Shown: in pieces, positions 47,651-58,527 of the stretch | How the letters are laid out: every line of letters begins with the position of its first letter | Position numbering within the stretch: the first letter of the stretch is position 1 | IMG/VR virus record: IMGVR_UViG_3300027804_000038 | Span: 229,851-293,850 of that record | Source of the DNA: a virus | Taxonomy: Duplodnaviria; Caudoviricetes | DNA: 64,000 nucleotides | Reading direction: 5' to 3' (one strand) | The notes under the pieces: model-generated | Databases searched by the model: none | Told to the model about the DNA's origin: nothing | What the model saw: only the letters and a program-made list of their open reading frames with translations | Translations under genes and position numbers: made by a program

Positions 47651-48102
47651 TGGAGTTAATTACCACATATATATGTAAAAAAGGTGACATCGGGATTCAC
47701 GATAATATGTTCGGAGGTTTATTACTTGGACTTATTGATGATGCCGCTGCTTCATACGCTTCACAAATTTGTGATACACAAAAAATAGTTACTCTTAAAA
47801 TAGATGAACTATTATTTAAAAGACCAGTAAAAGTTGGAAGTATTTTAAAAGTTTATGGTGATGTGGTTTCTTTTGGTAATACATCCGTAACACTTTACAT
47901 TGAAGTAAGGAAACATAATGTCTATACTGGCGAACAAGATATAGTCACTCAAACCAAAATAGTATTTGTTAGAATTGATGAAGACGGAAAACCAAGACCG
48001 ATTCATCAACACGTTAAAGAGAGATATTGGGATAGAAAAGAAAAATTCGGAAAAGGATTACTCACACCTGAAGAAAAAATAAATAATGAATCCACAAGAT
48101 AA
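47650..48102 (+). CDS. Acyl-CoA thioesterase (hotdog fold)
   Basis: NMFGGLLL..IDDAA, GNTS, FVRID. Confidence 0.85.
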   Translation: MELITTYICKKGDIGIHDNMFGGLLLGLIDDAAASYASQICDTQKIVTLKIDELLFKRPVKVGSILKVYGDVVSFGNTSVTLYIEVRKHNVYTGEQDIVTQTKIVFVRIDEDGKPRPIHQHVKERYWDRKEKFGKGLLTPEEKINNESTR

Positions 48103-48744
48103 ATTATATTTAAAACTAATCAAAGAAAGGTTAATACCTAAATATGGATTAGATTTTAATAAAGTTTCATTTCAATACAGAGATAATCTATTATCTGTTT
48201 ATTATTTAGTTAGTCATGTTGAGCAAGATAAAGTTTATGAATATTATAAAGTTATAGAAAAATTTTATGAAGAGGCTAACCTATTGTGTAGAGTCGTGAC
48301 TCAAAATAATTTAAACACTTTTAGAGTTTTTTGTGACGTATTTAATAATGAAAAACATAATTTATTACTATCTGTATGACTGAGATTTATCCATATTACG
48401 AAATTAAAAACTTTGTAAATCAATTTTGTTTGTCCAAAGAAGAATTAATGGAATCACAAGGATGGACTATTGAGTCCAGACCATGTGAAAAAACAGATAA
48501 AAAGTATGATACTTCAGTAAGAGAAATTGACGATAGATATTTTTATCTTACAACAAATGGTAAAAAAATAATTAATAAGGATTATCTTTTTGTTACTAAA
48601 CTTAATAATTCTAAAACTATGAGAGTTATTAATAAAACTTTAAACAAGTATGGTTTTATAGTTAATAAAGATGGATTAATTTTAAACGTTAAAGAAAATG
48701 CTACACAGTTACTTGTTGATGAATCTTTTTTTGGTAATGATTAG
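48086..48744 (+). CDS. Two hypothetical genes (48086-48379, 48376-48744)
   Basis: Coupled ORFs. Confidence 0.5.
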
Positions 48745-48866
48745 AATGTATTTATATTCATTTAAAGTACCAAAACCTTTATTTAAAGAAGAGTTAAATG
48801 AATATTTGAGACATATATTAAACGCAACAATTATTTGGTTAATTTTAATATTTTTATTTTTTTGAT

Positions 48867-49550
48867 ATGAATGTTATAGTTTTAGGTGGAACAGGGCTCT
48901 TAGGCTCCGAGTTCAAAAAAAATAGTGATTTTATACTTTGTGGTAGTGAAGTTGACATTAGAAGTGAAAATGAACTTTTTTTAAAGTTAGATTCATTAAG
49001 ACCAAAAATAATTCTATTAGCGGCTGCGAAAACTAATTCAGTTGAGATTGATAATAATCCTATTGATGCTATTGAAACTAATATAAAAGGTACTGCTAAT
49101 GTTGTTAAATACTGTATTAAAAATAATATTAGACTTGTATATATTTCTACTGACTATGTCTATAACCCAAAGGGAACGGAACATAGAGAAAACGATTCTT
49201 TAAATCCTTTTAATTATTATGCTTGGACAAAATTAGGTGGAGAATGTTCAGTTAGAGGACATAAAAATTCCCTAATAATAAGGACTTCTTTTGGTTCCCA
49301 AGAGTATCCATATGAATTTGCATATACAAATAGATTGGTCAATAAAGACTATGTTGATGTGATAGCACCAATGATAAGAGATTTGACTTTATCTAATGAA
49401 ACAGGTATAATAAACGTTGGAACCGATGTAAAAACACTGTTTCAGTATGCTACTCAGAGGAATCCAAATGTTAAACCATTAAGACAATTAATTCCCAATG
49501 ATTTTACAATGGACTTAAATAAACTAAGAAGATTAAAATATATTAAATGA
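48867..49550 (+). CDS. RmlD-like NAD(P)-dependent sugar-nucleotide reductase
   Basis: GGTGLLG, ISTDYVY, YAWTK, IRTS. Confidence 0.85.
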   Translation: MNVIVLGGTGLLGSEFKKNSDFILCGSEVDIRSENELFLKLDSLRPKIILLAAAKTNSVEIDNNPIDAIETNIKGTANVVKYCIKNNIRLVYISTDYVYNPKGTEHRENDSLNPFNYYAWTKLGGECSVRGHKNSLIIRTSFGSQEYPYEFAYTNRLVNKDYVDVIAPMIRDLTLSNETGIINVGTDVKTLFQYATQRNPNVKPLRQLIPNDFTMDLNKLRRLKYIK

Positions 49551-50557
49551 TTAAATATGCAGATGTAATTGTAGACCTACAAGCTGGGGATACTGGAAAA
49601 GGGAAAGTATGTAATACCTTATCAAAGATTGATAATGAATATACTCATGTTATCCGATATAATGGAGGTGGTAATGCGGGTCACACAATTTATAAAGACG
49701 GTAAAAAAATGGTAACGCATTTTATACCATCAGGAATTGTTAATGGTATAAAATCAATAATAGGTCCTGGATGTGTATTAAATGTAGAATCTTTAATGAA
49801 AGAAATTGAAACACTTGAAAAAGAAGGTGTTGAAATTAAAGGAAAACTTTTTATAGATAAAAGAGTTAATTTAATAACTGATGAACATCTTATAGAAGAA
49901 TTTAATGAAAGTAAAATAGGGACAACGAAAACAGGTAATGGTCCCGCATATAGGGACAAATATTTTAGAAAGGGAAAACGAGTTGAAGATAATAGCGAGT
50001 TATTAAAAGATTATATAATTGACATCTATCAGGAATTACACGGTAACTCAGATAGTAAAATATTATTTGAAGGGGCACAAGGATTTGAACTTGATATTGA
50101 TTGGGGTGATTACCCTTATGTGACATCATCACATTGTACTGTTGGAAGTGCTATTTTAAACGGAGTTCCACCACAAAAAATAAGAAAAGTTTATGGAGTT
50201 GCAAAGGCTTATAATACTTATGTTGGCTCTAAAAAATTTGAAGATAATAGTGATATATTTGATAAAATTAGAGAATTAGGTAATGAGTACGGCTCAACTA
50301 CTGGTAGAGCTAGACAAATTAAATGGACAAATATTGATGACCTAGTAAAGGCATCAAATATAAATGGAGTAACTCATTTAATTATTAATAAAATAGACAT
50401 ACTTGAAAGTATTGGGCAATTTACAATAGTGGTTAATGGATTCCCAAGAACGTTTAATAACAAAGATTTCTTTCAAAATTTTATTGAGGACACAATGAAA
50501 AGATATTGTCCATTAATACAAGAAGTTATTTTTAGTTCTTATGCGGACGTAATATAA
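49547..50557 (+). CDS. purA: Adenylosuccinate synthetase (short form)
   Basis: GDTGKGK, NAGHT, GTTKTGNGP, EGAQG, GDYPYVTSS, TTGRAR. Confidence 0.93.
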   Translation: MIKYADVIVDLQAGDTGKGKVCNTLSKIDNEYTHVIRYNGGGNAGHTIYKDGKKMVTHFIPSGIVNGIKSIIGPGCVLNVESLMKEIETLEKEGVEIKGKLFIDKRVNLITDEHLIEEFNESKIGTTKTGNGPAYRDKYFRKGKRVEDNSELLKDYIIDIYQELHGNSDSKILFEGAQGFELDIDWGDYPYVTSSHCTVGSAILNGVPPQKIRKVYGVAKAYNTYVGSKKFEDNSDIFDKIRELGNEYGSTTGRARQIKWTNIDDLVKASNINGVTHLIINKIDILESIGQFTIVVNGFPRTFNNKDFFQNFIEDTMKRYCPLIQEVIFSSYADVI

Positions 50558-51134
50558 TCCTAATATATTTAGATTTTTTTTCAATAAAGGACACTAAAAA
50601 TTGAATTTCAGGTATATCAGTTGGGTCTATTAAAGTATAGTTAGACATAATATTGTCCCAAGATTCATTGTCAACATAAAAATTTAAATCAAAATTTGTA
50701 TATAAAACGTTGGCAGTTTTAGGTATTGATAAATTTAAATTAGAAACATTATATTTAACACCATCAATTGTTAGAGTATGTATTGATGAAAGTTTTTTAT
50801 CAATCTTTTCTAAAATATTATTTGAAGCGTAAAAATAAAATAAACCCATACTATTTTCATTATCTTCTAAATCTATTAAACTGACATAAATTTTTTCAGG
50901 TACTGTGGAAATCCTAAAAAAAGTCCCAACTCTTTCACTAATATATGAAATTAGTTCATCACCGCTGATAAAGTAAGATGATGGCATTTTTACTATTTTA
51001 TAGTATAAAGTTATTGAATTGAAAAAGGTTGATATAAACAAATCTGAAAATTCAAATTTATATCCATTAACTTCAATTTCGTTTAAAGATGATACCGATA
51101 ATAGTTTTATTATGTTTTGTTTTGTTAATTTCAT
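50532..51134 (-). CDS. Hypothetical protein (similar to 61821-62528)
   Basis: IEVNGYK vs IDVNGLK. Confidence 0.5.
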   Translation of the reverse strand: MKLTKQNIIKLLSVSSLNEIEVNGYKFEFSDLFISTFFNSITLYYKIVKMPSSYFISGDELISYISERVGTFFRISTVPEKIYVSLIDLEDNENSMGLFYFYASNNILEKIDKKLSSIHTLTIDGVKYNVSNLNLSIPKTANVLYTNFDLNFYVDNESWDNIMSNYTLIDPTDIPEIQFLVSFIEKKSKYIRIILRPHKN

Positions 51135-51231
51135 TGAATTATAATTGAATAAAATATGAGTTACAAAATTATCTTATTTAAAGTATTTTTATTCATTTTC
51201 TATAAATACCGCTTTATTTATATTTATTGAT

Positions 51232-52122
51232 ATGAGATTACTACAGGAAGAAATTAATAGAGTTAAAGAAATTATAAAAGTGATTTCTATTAATGAAAAT
51301 AGTGAGAAATATTTACCATGTCAAAGATTCGGAGAACCAAAAAAAACTGTATGTAAGGCATTTAATAACTTAGGACCTTGGATTGTTGATTATAATGGAT
51401 TAGGTATGAGGAAATTAATTGATGAAAAAATTAAAAACATCCAAACAAACATACCTGAGAAAATTATTGAAAATTTTAGAGAAGGAATTGAGTTAATTAG
51501 AAAAACTGGTAAATACTCAGATTCATATATTGAGGAAAAACTCAACGACATCTCCAATAAAACACAAGTATATATAAACGGAGAGTGGAATTATATTAAT
51601 AAATTAAATACTAATTATAGAGATTTATCAGAGTTACTAACTGATGTTATTGAAAAAATTGATAAGATAGATAATGTTAGTCAGTGGTTAAACTCAAAAA
51701 AAAGAACTGATGAAGAGGTAAAAAATTTTCTAACTAAAAGTGTTAAACCAAAATTAAAATATTGGATTAATGAGTTTTTTAAAACTTCCGAAGAGTTATT
51801 TGATTATACATATAATATAAAATATAATTCTAGCTTAGGTGAGGAAAGTGAGAATAGAATAGTTGATTTCCTTAAAGGAAATGGATTTGAAATTTTATAC
51901 CAAGGGGGTAACGGAGATTTTATCGATATGTTATTTGGGGTTGACTTGATTGTTAAAAGAGATGATTATGGTATTATCTTAATACAAGTCAAAAATAATG
52001 GACCAAAATGGGAACAACTAGGAAGATATAATGTAGATTGGGTTGCGATAGGTGACAGTAAAAAAATATACGATAAGAAAACTAAACAATTAATTGATAT
52101 TACTCAATTTTATACAAAATAA
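51232..52122 (+). CDS. Hypothetical protein with PD-(D/E)XK-like C-terminus
   Basis: GEESE...DMLFGVDLIV...IQVK. Confidence 0.5.
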   Translation: MRLLQEEINRVKEIIKVISINENSEKYLPCQRFGEPKKTVCKAFNNLGPWIVDYNGLGMRKLIDEKIKNIQTNIPEKIIENFREGIELIRKTGKYSDSYIEEKLNDISNKTQVYINGEWNYINKLNTNYRDLSELLTDVIEKIDKIDNVSQWLNSKKRTDEEVKNFLTKSVKPKLKYWINEFFKTSEELFDYTYNIKYNSSLGEESENRIVDFLKGNGFEILYQGGNGDFIDMLFGVDLIVKRDDYGIILIQVKNNGPKWEQLGRYNVDWVAIGDSKKIYDKKTKQLIDITQFYTK

Positions 52123-52124
52123 AT

Positions 52125-52304
52125 ATGAAAAAAATATTACTAATATTATCTTTTAGTGTTATGATTATGTCTTGTGACCAATCAACACATAACTATAACT
52201 GTAAATGTGATAAAAACTGTTGTGATATTGAAAAAGACAGCATCAATACCGACCTAATGTTAGAAAGTGAATTTGAAGATGATACAATAGGGGTTAACAA
52301 CTAA
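52125..52304 (+). CDS. Small Cys-rich lipoprotein (not in ORF track)
   Basis: MKKILLILSFSVMIMS-C, CKCDKNCC. Confidence 0.55.
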   Translation: MKKILLILSFSVMIMSCDQSTHNYNCKCDKNCCDIEKDSINTDLMLESEFEDDTIGVNN

Positions 52305-52489
52305 CAAACAACATTAAAGATATTGTGATTAATGCTAAAATTTGAAATATATTTTCAATTAACCTTTCTTTATTTTTCATTTTATATTGTTATTAGTATG
52401 TGTAATCTAACTTTATTATAATGAAAAATATTTTTGAAATCAATACCAAGGGATGATAAAAAATCTTTTAATTTGTTATATTTATTATT

Positions 52490-53575
52490 ATGTCAAAAAA
52501 ATTTATATTAACTGAGTCTGAAAAAAATGAAATTAAAAAACTTTATGGTTTATTAACCGAAGTTGCAAAATCGATAGTGGCCTCAACAAGTCCCGAAAGA
52601 ATGCCAAATTTTATTGGTAAAGGTAATAAAAATTCAACATTTGGATTGAAAGGAGACGCTAAACAAGAAAATTTTTATTTTAAAAGTACTATAGGAGACT
52701 TGGTTTCAAAAAGTACAGGTGATACCAAATTGTTTTTATCAGGATTTCAGCCAGCATCAGATGCTGGACAGTATGTTGACTATGTGAAGGTCGGAACATC
52801 AGAACTAACTAATAAAGGTAGTATTAGTTTTGATTTAGGTAAATTACCAGTGGAAACTGAAGTTATTGCAACACATAATGGTTTATTAGTGTTAAGAAGA
52901 ATGATGGACCAACTAAACGGGTCGAAAAATGGAAAAGTAACCTTATCAATGTCCGCAGAACAAAGAGCTTCAGGACAAAAAACGTTTGACTTGAATAATA
53001 TTTCTTCAAGAATTCCCCCAAATTTAGCAACAATCGCAAGTGCGTTGTCTGTATTATTAATACCTGAAGCACAAAGAGCGAATATTAAAGATGGTTATGC
53101 TATAGACAATTTTGTTGGTAAAACGAATGAACAAATTATACAAGCAATTAATACAACATTAAAAAGAGGTTTAGTTGGTGTGTTTCTAACACCTGAGGAT
53201 AGTGCAAATATTGATAAAATAATAAGTGATAAGAAATTAGTTACAACATTAGATTTATCAGTTTTTGAATCGATGTATGGTAAAGGGACTTTAGATAAAA
53301 CAGGAGGTTCCATCACTGAAGCACAAATTAATTCCGTTTGGAACTCATTTAAAAAATCATATAAAGATACTTTAATAAGTAATTTTACAGCTTATCTCGA
53401 CAACGAATTTAAATACTTGGCAAACAATCTTAGTAAAATTATGGAAGGATTGAGCATTTCAACTCTATGGTATATGTATACAAAACTAAGAGACACTAGT
53501 ACTTTAGGACCTAAATCAGGAGTCCAAACAAGTACCAAAACTCAAACTAGCCAGACGTATCAGATGGGTAAGTAA
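52490..53575 (+). CDS. Hypothetical protein with MSKKFILTE leader
   Basis: 361-aa ORF after TATTTAT motif. Confidence 0.65.
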   Translation: MSKKFILTESEKNEIKKLYGLLTEVAKSIVASTSPERMPNFIGKGNKNSTFGLKGDAKQENFYFKSTIGDLVSKSTGDTKLFLSGFQPASDAGQYVDYVKVGTSELTNKGSISFDLGKLPVETEVIATHNGLLVLRRMMDQLNGSKNGKVTLSMSAEQRASGQKTFDLNNISSRIPPNLATIASALSVLLIPEAQRANIKDGYAIDNFVGKTNEQIIQAINTTLKRGLVGVFLTPEDSANIDKIISDKKLVTTLDLSVFESMYGKGTLDKTGGSITEAQINSVWNSFKKSYKDTLISNFTAYLDNEFKYLANNLSKIMEGLSISTLWYMYTKLRDTSTLGPKSGVQTSTKTQTSQTYQMGK

Positions 53576-53983
53576 TTATTCGTAAATTTCAACAATTTTG
53601 TAGTCAACCCAAATATGTTCTTCAAAACTAACATATTTGACACCATCAACAATAATTAAGTCATCCATATAAGTGATAGATGTATCACCAACAGACGGAA
53701 TGAGTTCCTTGTAGATAATTAAAGAAGGCTCAACAACATAAGATGTGTCGATGTATACATCAATCACTCGCTCAGAAGTTTCAACTGAGGAAGTGTCAAC
53801 CTGAAAATTAACACCCTCAAACAGATGAACTTCTTCTTCGGTCATCTGACCAAAGGTATCGTTGAATACCTTTTCATAAATCTTTCTTTCTTGTCGTTTT
53901 GTAATACGAGTTCCATCTGTAAGCTCAACAGTTTTACAAGAGTAAACCAAAAAAGACAATAAGATTAAAGAAATGTATTTCAT
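53576..53983 (-). CDS. Lipoprotein
   Basis: Lipobox LVYS-C. Confidence 0.65.
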   Translation of the reverse strand: MKYISLILLSFLVYSCKTVELTDGTRITKRQERKIYEKVFNDTFGQMTEEEVHLFEGVNFQVDTSSVETSERVIDVYIDTSYVVEPSLIIYKELIPSVGDTSITYMDDLIIVDGVKYVSFEEHIWVDYKIVEIYE

Positions 53984-54181
53984 GTTTTTAATATTTACAA
54001 CAAATTTACGGAAACTTATTCATTCCCACAAGCATTTTCAAAAATTTTTTTCATACTATTTATAGATAACAAAAATATTAAAAATACGGGCTTAGGACCG
54101 TTGTGGTTATGCCACATTTAACCTCGGTGAATTCGCTACTCACTGAGGTTTTTATTTATAAAAAAGACTATTTATTATGAA

Positions 54182-55766
54182 ATGATGTTAAAAGAAAAAA
54201 TAATAAAGATACTGAAAGAAAGTTTTAGATTAAAGGATAGTTTAATTAAAGAAATGGAAAAATACGGACTATTCAATACTTTAAAATTTACAACTATGAC
54301 TTATACTAAACTATGGAGTATTGTTGGTGATGAGTATTTAAATAGGAATATAAAACAAGAATTCATACAAACTTTTTTTAAAGAATTAGGTTATGGATTC
54401 AGTTTGGGTGAAATTGACAAGGAACCAATTTTTTATGGTGAAAATGAATCAACATATAAAGAAATAGTTTATTTAGGCCCATCTAAAGTTGCAGTAATTG
54501 TTTGGGATAAAGATATATGGCAAGCAGATAACGAGTTTGGTGTAATTTATCATAATTTAAGTGATAATATTATTGATGAAATTTTTGACATCGTTACCGA
54601 ACTTTATGATAATAATAGGTATATAAAAAAATAATTTAAAAAAAAAATATCATGGAAAAATTAGCGGATAAAATATTTGGAATGATTGATAAGAATAATG
54701 ATATTTTACACATAGCCAAATTTTTTGGGGGTATTAATGAATTATTAAACATAACAAAAAAATATCCATATCTAAATGCAATAATACAAACCAAACTTGG
54801 AGGATATCTTTATTGTTCCGCCGCGGATGAGGTAGAGAATATGGTTCCTTTTGAATTACCATTTATAATGACTGAACTTGAAGATGCTGATATAGATGAT
54901 GTTGAACATTATAATGCGAATGTTAATTTAATTATACCTGAATTGGATAAAGTTAAAGATATGCAGGTTCTATACTCTTGGCTTGAGGACTATCTTATGG
55001 ATATGGGAGCAGAAGTTGGAAGTTTTAATGATGGTAACTTAAATAAAAAAATGATTTGGATTTATGTGACAGAAATAAATGGAGTTAAGCTCGATTCAAT
55101 CGCACAAATGTCCGTTAGTGACCAAGAAGTATTATCAATAATACCCGATAATTATATAAAGGATTAAAATGGGATTAAAAAAAATTATAACTAGAATAAT
55201 TAGAGAAAATATTAATATCTGTAATATTTTAAATGTTAATACTTCTGAAGAACTATTAGATTTATTAAATTCTATTGATATACACAAAGATGACGTTGAG
55301 AAGGTAGATAAGATTGTTGAAAAAATGAAAAAAGATATGAAAAATTTAAGTTCTAAATACGATATTTTAGACACATATCTTCATGACATACAAGACATTA
55401 TATGTAAAAGAAAATATCCCGATTTTTAAATACATGATACTTAACGACAAAATAGTAAATAAAATTGTAAACTCAGATTATATTAAAGAAATATATCCGA
55501 TGCTTGACCATATTGAAACAAAAATGGATTGGGATGGAGACGAAGAATTCCCATTCTATGATTTGGAATTAAATATGTATTTAAATGACCCTAAAATCAA
55601 TGAAAATAATATGTATATGAAAGGGTTTGACCCACATTATTTAGTTGATAAACATTTGATGTTTATATTTAAAATGGCAGGTCTTGATAGACCATCGGCA
55701 TACATACATCAAATTTATATTAAAGTAATAGCAAAAAATGGTGATTTGATATATCCTAGACGTTAA
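54182..55766 (+). CDS. Four hypothetical genes (54182-54634, 54652-55167, 55169-55429, 55383-55766)
   Basis: Coupled ORFs, IIKILKES / IITRIIREN leaders. Confidence 0.55.
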
Positions 55767-55864
55767 TATAAAATATGGGGTTTTATTTTAGGATAAATTG
55801 ATATCTCACTAAATTAATCTGTAATAATATTAAGTTGTGTTTTTTGAGCATACTGCTCATGTTT

Positions 55865-56513
55865 TTAAAAATAATATACGACTATATCTGATTGAACGTC
55901 AACTGCTCTATAATGAGTACCAGTTTTATCCTCAACCCACTTAGCGATTGACGAAATGGAATCTATATTTTTCAAAGAAAAGAAAGAAGCAATTTCTTCC
56001 ATTAATTTCCTATCAATTGTACACCAATGACTCTTATTATTAAATTTAATCTGAGCATATTCATCTTTATTTGAATTAAGGAAATAACCGTTTATTCCAT
56101 ACTCCATATAAACAAAATCCTGATTGTCAAGATACTTAAATATTACATTTTCAATTCGAGATTCGGAGATTAGATATTTCATTGTATTAATAAATACTTA
56201 ATACGAAAAATTCAACATCCCACTCTGAACCATATTCTTCCATATTCAAACCAAACATGGAATCAATTGTTCTCCAAATTTCTCTTTTTAAATCATGACC
56301 AATTAAGACTCCCTTATTTGGTTTAAAGTTGCCCTTTAATATTCCTTCGGGGTCAATTAGTATTTGAATGTTGGTTCTTTCAATACGTCTATCCTCTGAT
56401 GCCAACCATACCCCAACCTTTTTGAATTTAACATCAACAACATCATTAAAAGTACTTTTAAGAAATCTTTCAATCGACGAATTGATTTTACTTTCAGTAA
56501 TAAGATATTTCAT
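55865..56513 (-). CDS. Two MKYLI(S/T)ES-family genes (55865-56182, 56187-56513)
   Basis: Shared N-terminal motif. Confidence 0.6.
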
Positions 56514-56575
56514 ATAGGATAAATATTTATAGTTATTAAACTTGTGTGTAAAATTAAGAACATAAAAATAAATAT

Positions 56576-58526
56576 TTGATAATGAAAGATAATATAACAT
56601 CAAATTATATTGAGTTAAATATATTAAACAAGATTTTGAATAAAAAATTATCAAATAAATTTGACTGGTTTAAAGGTATTGAATTAACACAAGTTGGGGT
56701 TAATAACAATCAAAATTATCTGTATATGAATGGTGATATCTATCTTGATGAAGATTGGGTAGGTAATCAGTGGAGAAAATATTATGATTATAAAGAATTA
56801 CCTTTTTTTGGTGATAATAGTGATTATACATTTGGTGATTTGATAGGTTCAAGGGATGAATGGATTGATAAATTAAAAGAAATATTTATTTCAACATTTA
56901 ATACCATACATGGAGGTAAACCTCCTAAATATTTATCATTTAGTTGGATTAATGTTCATCCTGTTGAAATAGACAAGGATGATTATAATTTTTTGGAAGA
57001 AAACTTTACTAAAATTTTAAAAGAAAATACAAATATTAACTCAAGAGTCAGAAGAAGAATTAATTTACTTGATGATGAGTTATTATATAGAATGAGTGCG
57101 ATTTATAGACCTGATAATATATGTAGATATGTAAGTGGTGAAGAATTATTAGAAGTAATTATAGAGGCGGTAATTGATGCTATGTATTGGACTTATTTTA
57201 GTGATATGGATGATAATTCAGGAGAGTGGAATGAATCTTATTATTTTATGTATGATTATATGAAAGACAAATATGGTGAAAAAATAAAAGAATATTACCA
57301 CATTAATTGCGGAAATTAAAATGACAGAAAAATTTAAAAATAAAATAAAAAATATCGTAAATGAGTTAGGGTACTACGAAGCCAAAAAAATTATTGGTGT
57401 CTCTTTTACTGAATTGGCTGAATTAATTGATGAAAGAATACCTTACGATTTTGCACATGAAATATTAATAGAGAATATTAATAATAAAAATATACCTACA
57501 GAATATAAAGAATTTAAAATTCATACTAGTTTTGATGGGGTTCTTTATTGGAGTACAAAAATAAAAACAGGACATTTTTTATCTAATATTATAGAACATA
57601 TTCATTTAGTTGCAACTCCGTTTTGGGACGGAAACGAATATACTCCAGTCGAACTTGATTGGTATGCGCTGTATAATGACGATACAAATAAAAAAATTGT
57701 TGATTTTGGTAGTGACGGTAGTTTCTTTAGAAGAATTGAAGATAGAACGTCATTTAAAAATCTTGATGATTTATTCCAATGGTATAAAGAATTCTATTTA
57801 CCTACAATATATAATATAACAATGAATGACTTCTTACCAAATATCCAACAAGTTGCCGACGATGAGTTAGATGAAAGATTCGGCCCAACTAATTTAGAGG
57901 AACAAATAAGAAGAATACTAAAAGAAGAAGTTAATAAAAAATTCTTGAAACCAAATGAAAAAACTGAAAAACTTATTTTAGATAGGTTAAATAATATTTT
58001 TTCAGATATGAATATATATCACGTTGAAAGTTATAAAACAAGACACGATTTTGAGTTTTGTAAAAATGGTAAGGAAATAATGAATTTAGTATTGTTTTTT
58101 GAAGAAACTAATGACCGAAGACCAACATCTGAAAGAACATTCATAGAGTCAACTTTATTTATACCCAAAGAGTTAGTTAACGATATGTTAACCTTTATGC
58201 CTATTAGAAAAAATTATCTTCATTACGTAATTGAAGAATGGTTCGAGGATAATTTTTTAAGTAAAATCTCAAATATGATGGGTAGAAATGATATATCTGT
58301 GGATGAATTATCATTTAGAGATAGTGTTGATGTATGTGTACCACCAATTACTGAAAAACCTGAAGATGTTACCCAAGAGGAGATGATTAAGGTTATTATG
58401 AATAATACACTATGGCGTAAAAAAGATTTAGTTGCGTTAGAAGAAAGAGAACCTGGGTCTATAGAACGGATGTATTTACAAAAACTTCGTAATATTGAAA
58501 TGGATAGATTAAGAAGTAATAGATAA
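56576..58526 (+). CDS. Two hypothetical genes (56576-57319, 57321-58526) with internal leader-like motifs
   Basis: Internal ENFTKILKE and NLEEQIRRILKEE. Confidence 0.55.
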
Positions 58527-58527
58527 T

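Noticed and set aside
49547-50557. PurZ (2-aminoadenine DNA pathway)
   Set aside because: Catalytic Asp is retained (GDTGKG), as in canonical PurA; PurZ has Ser there
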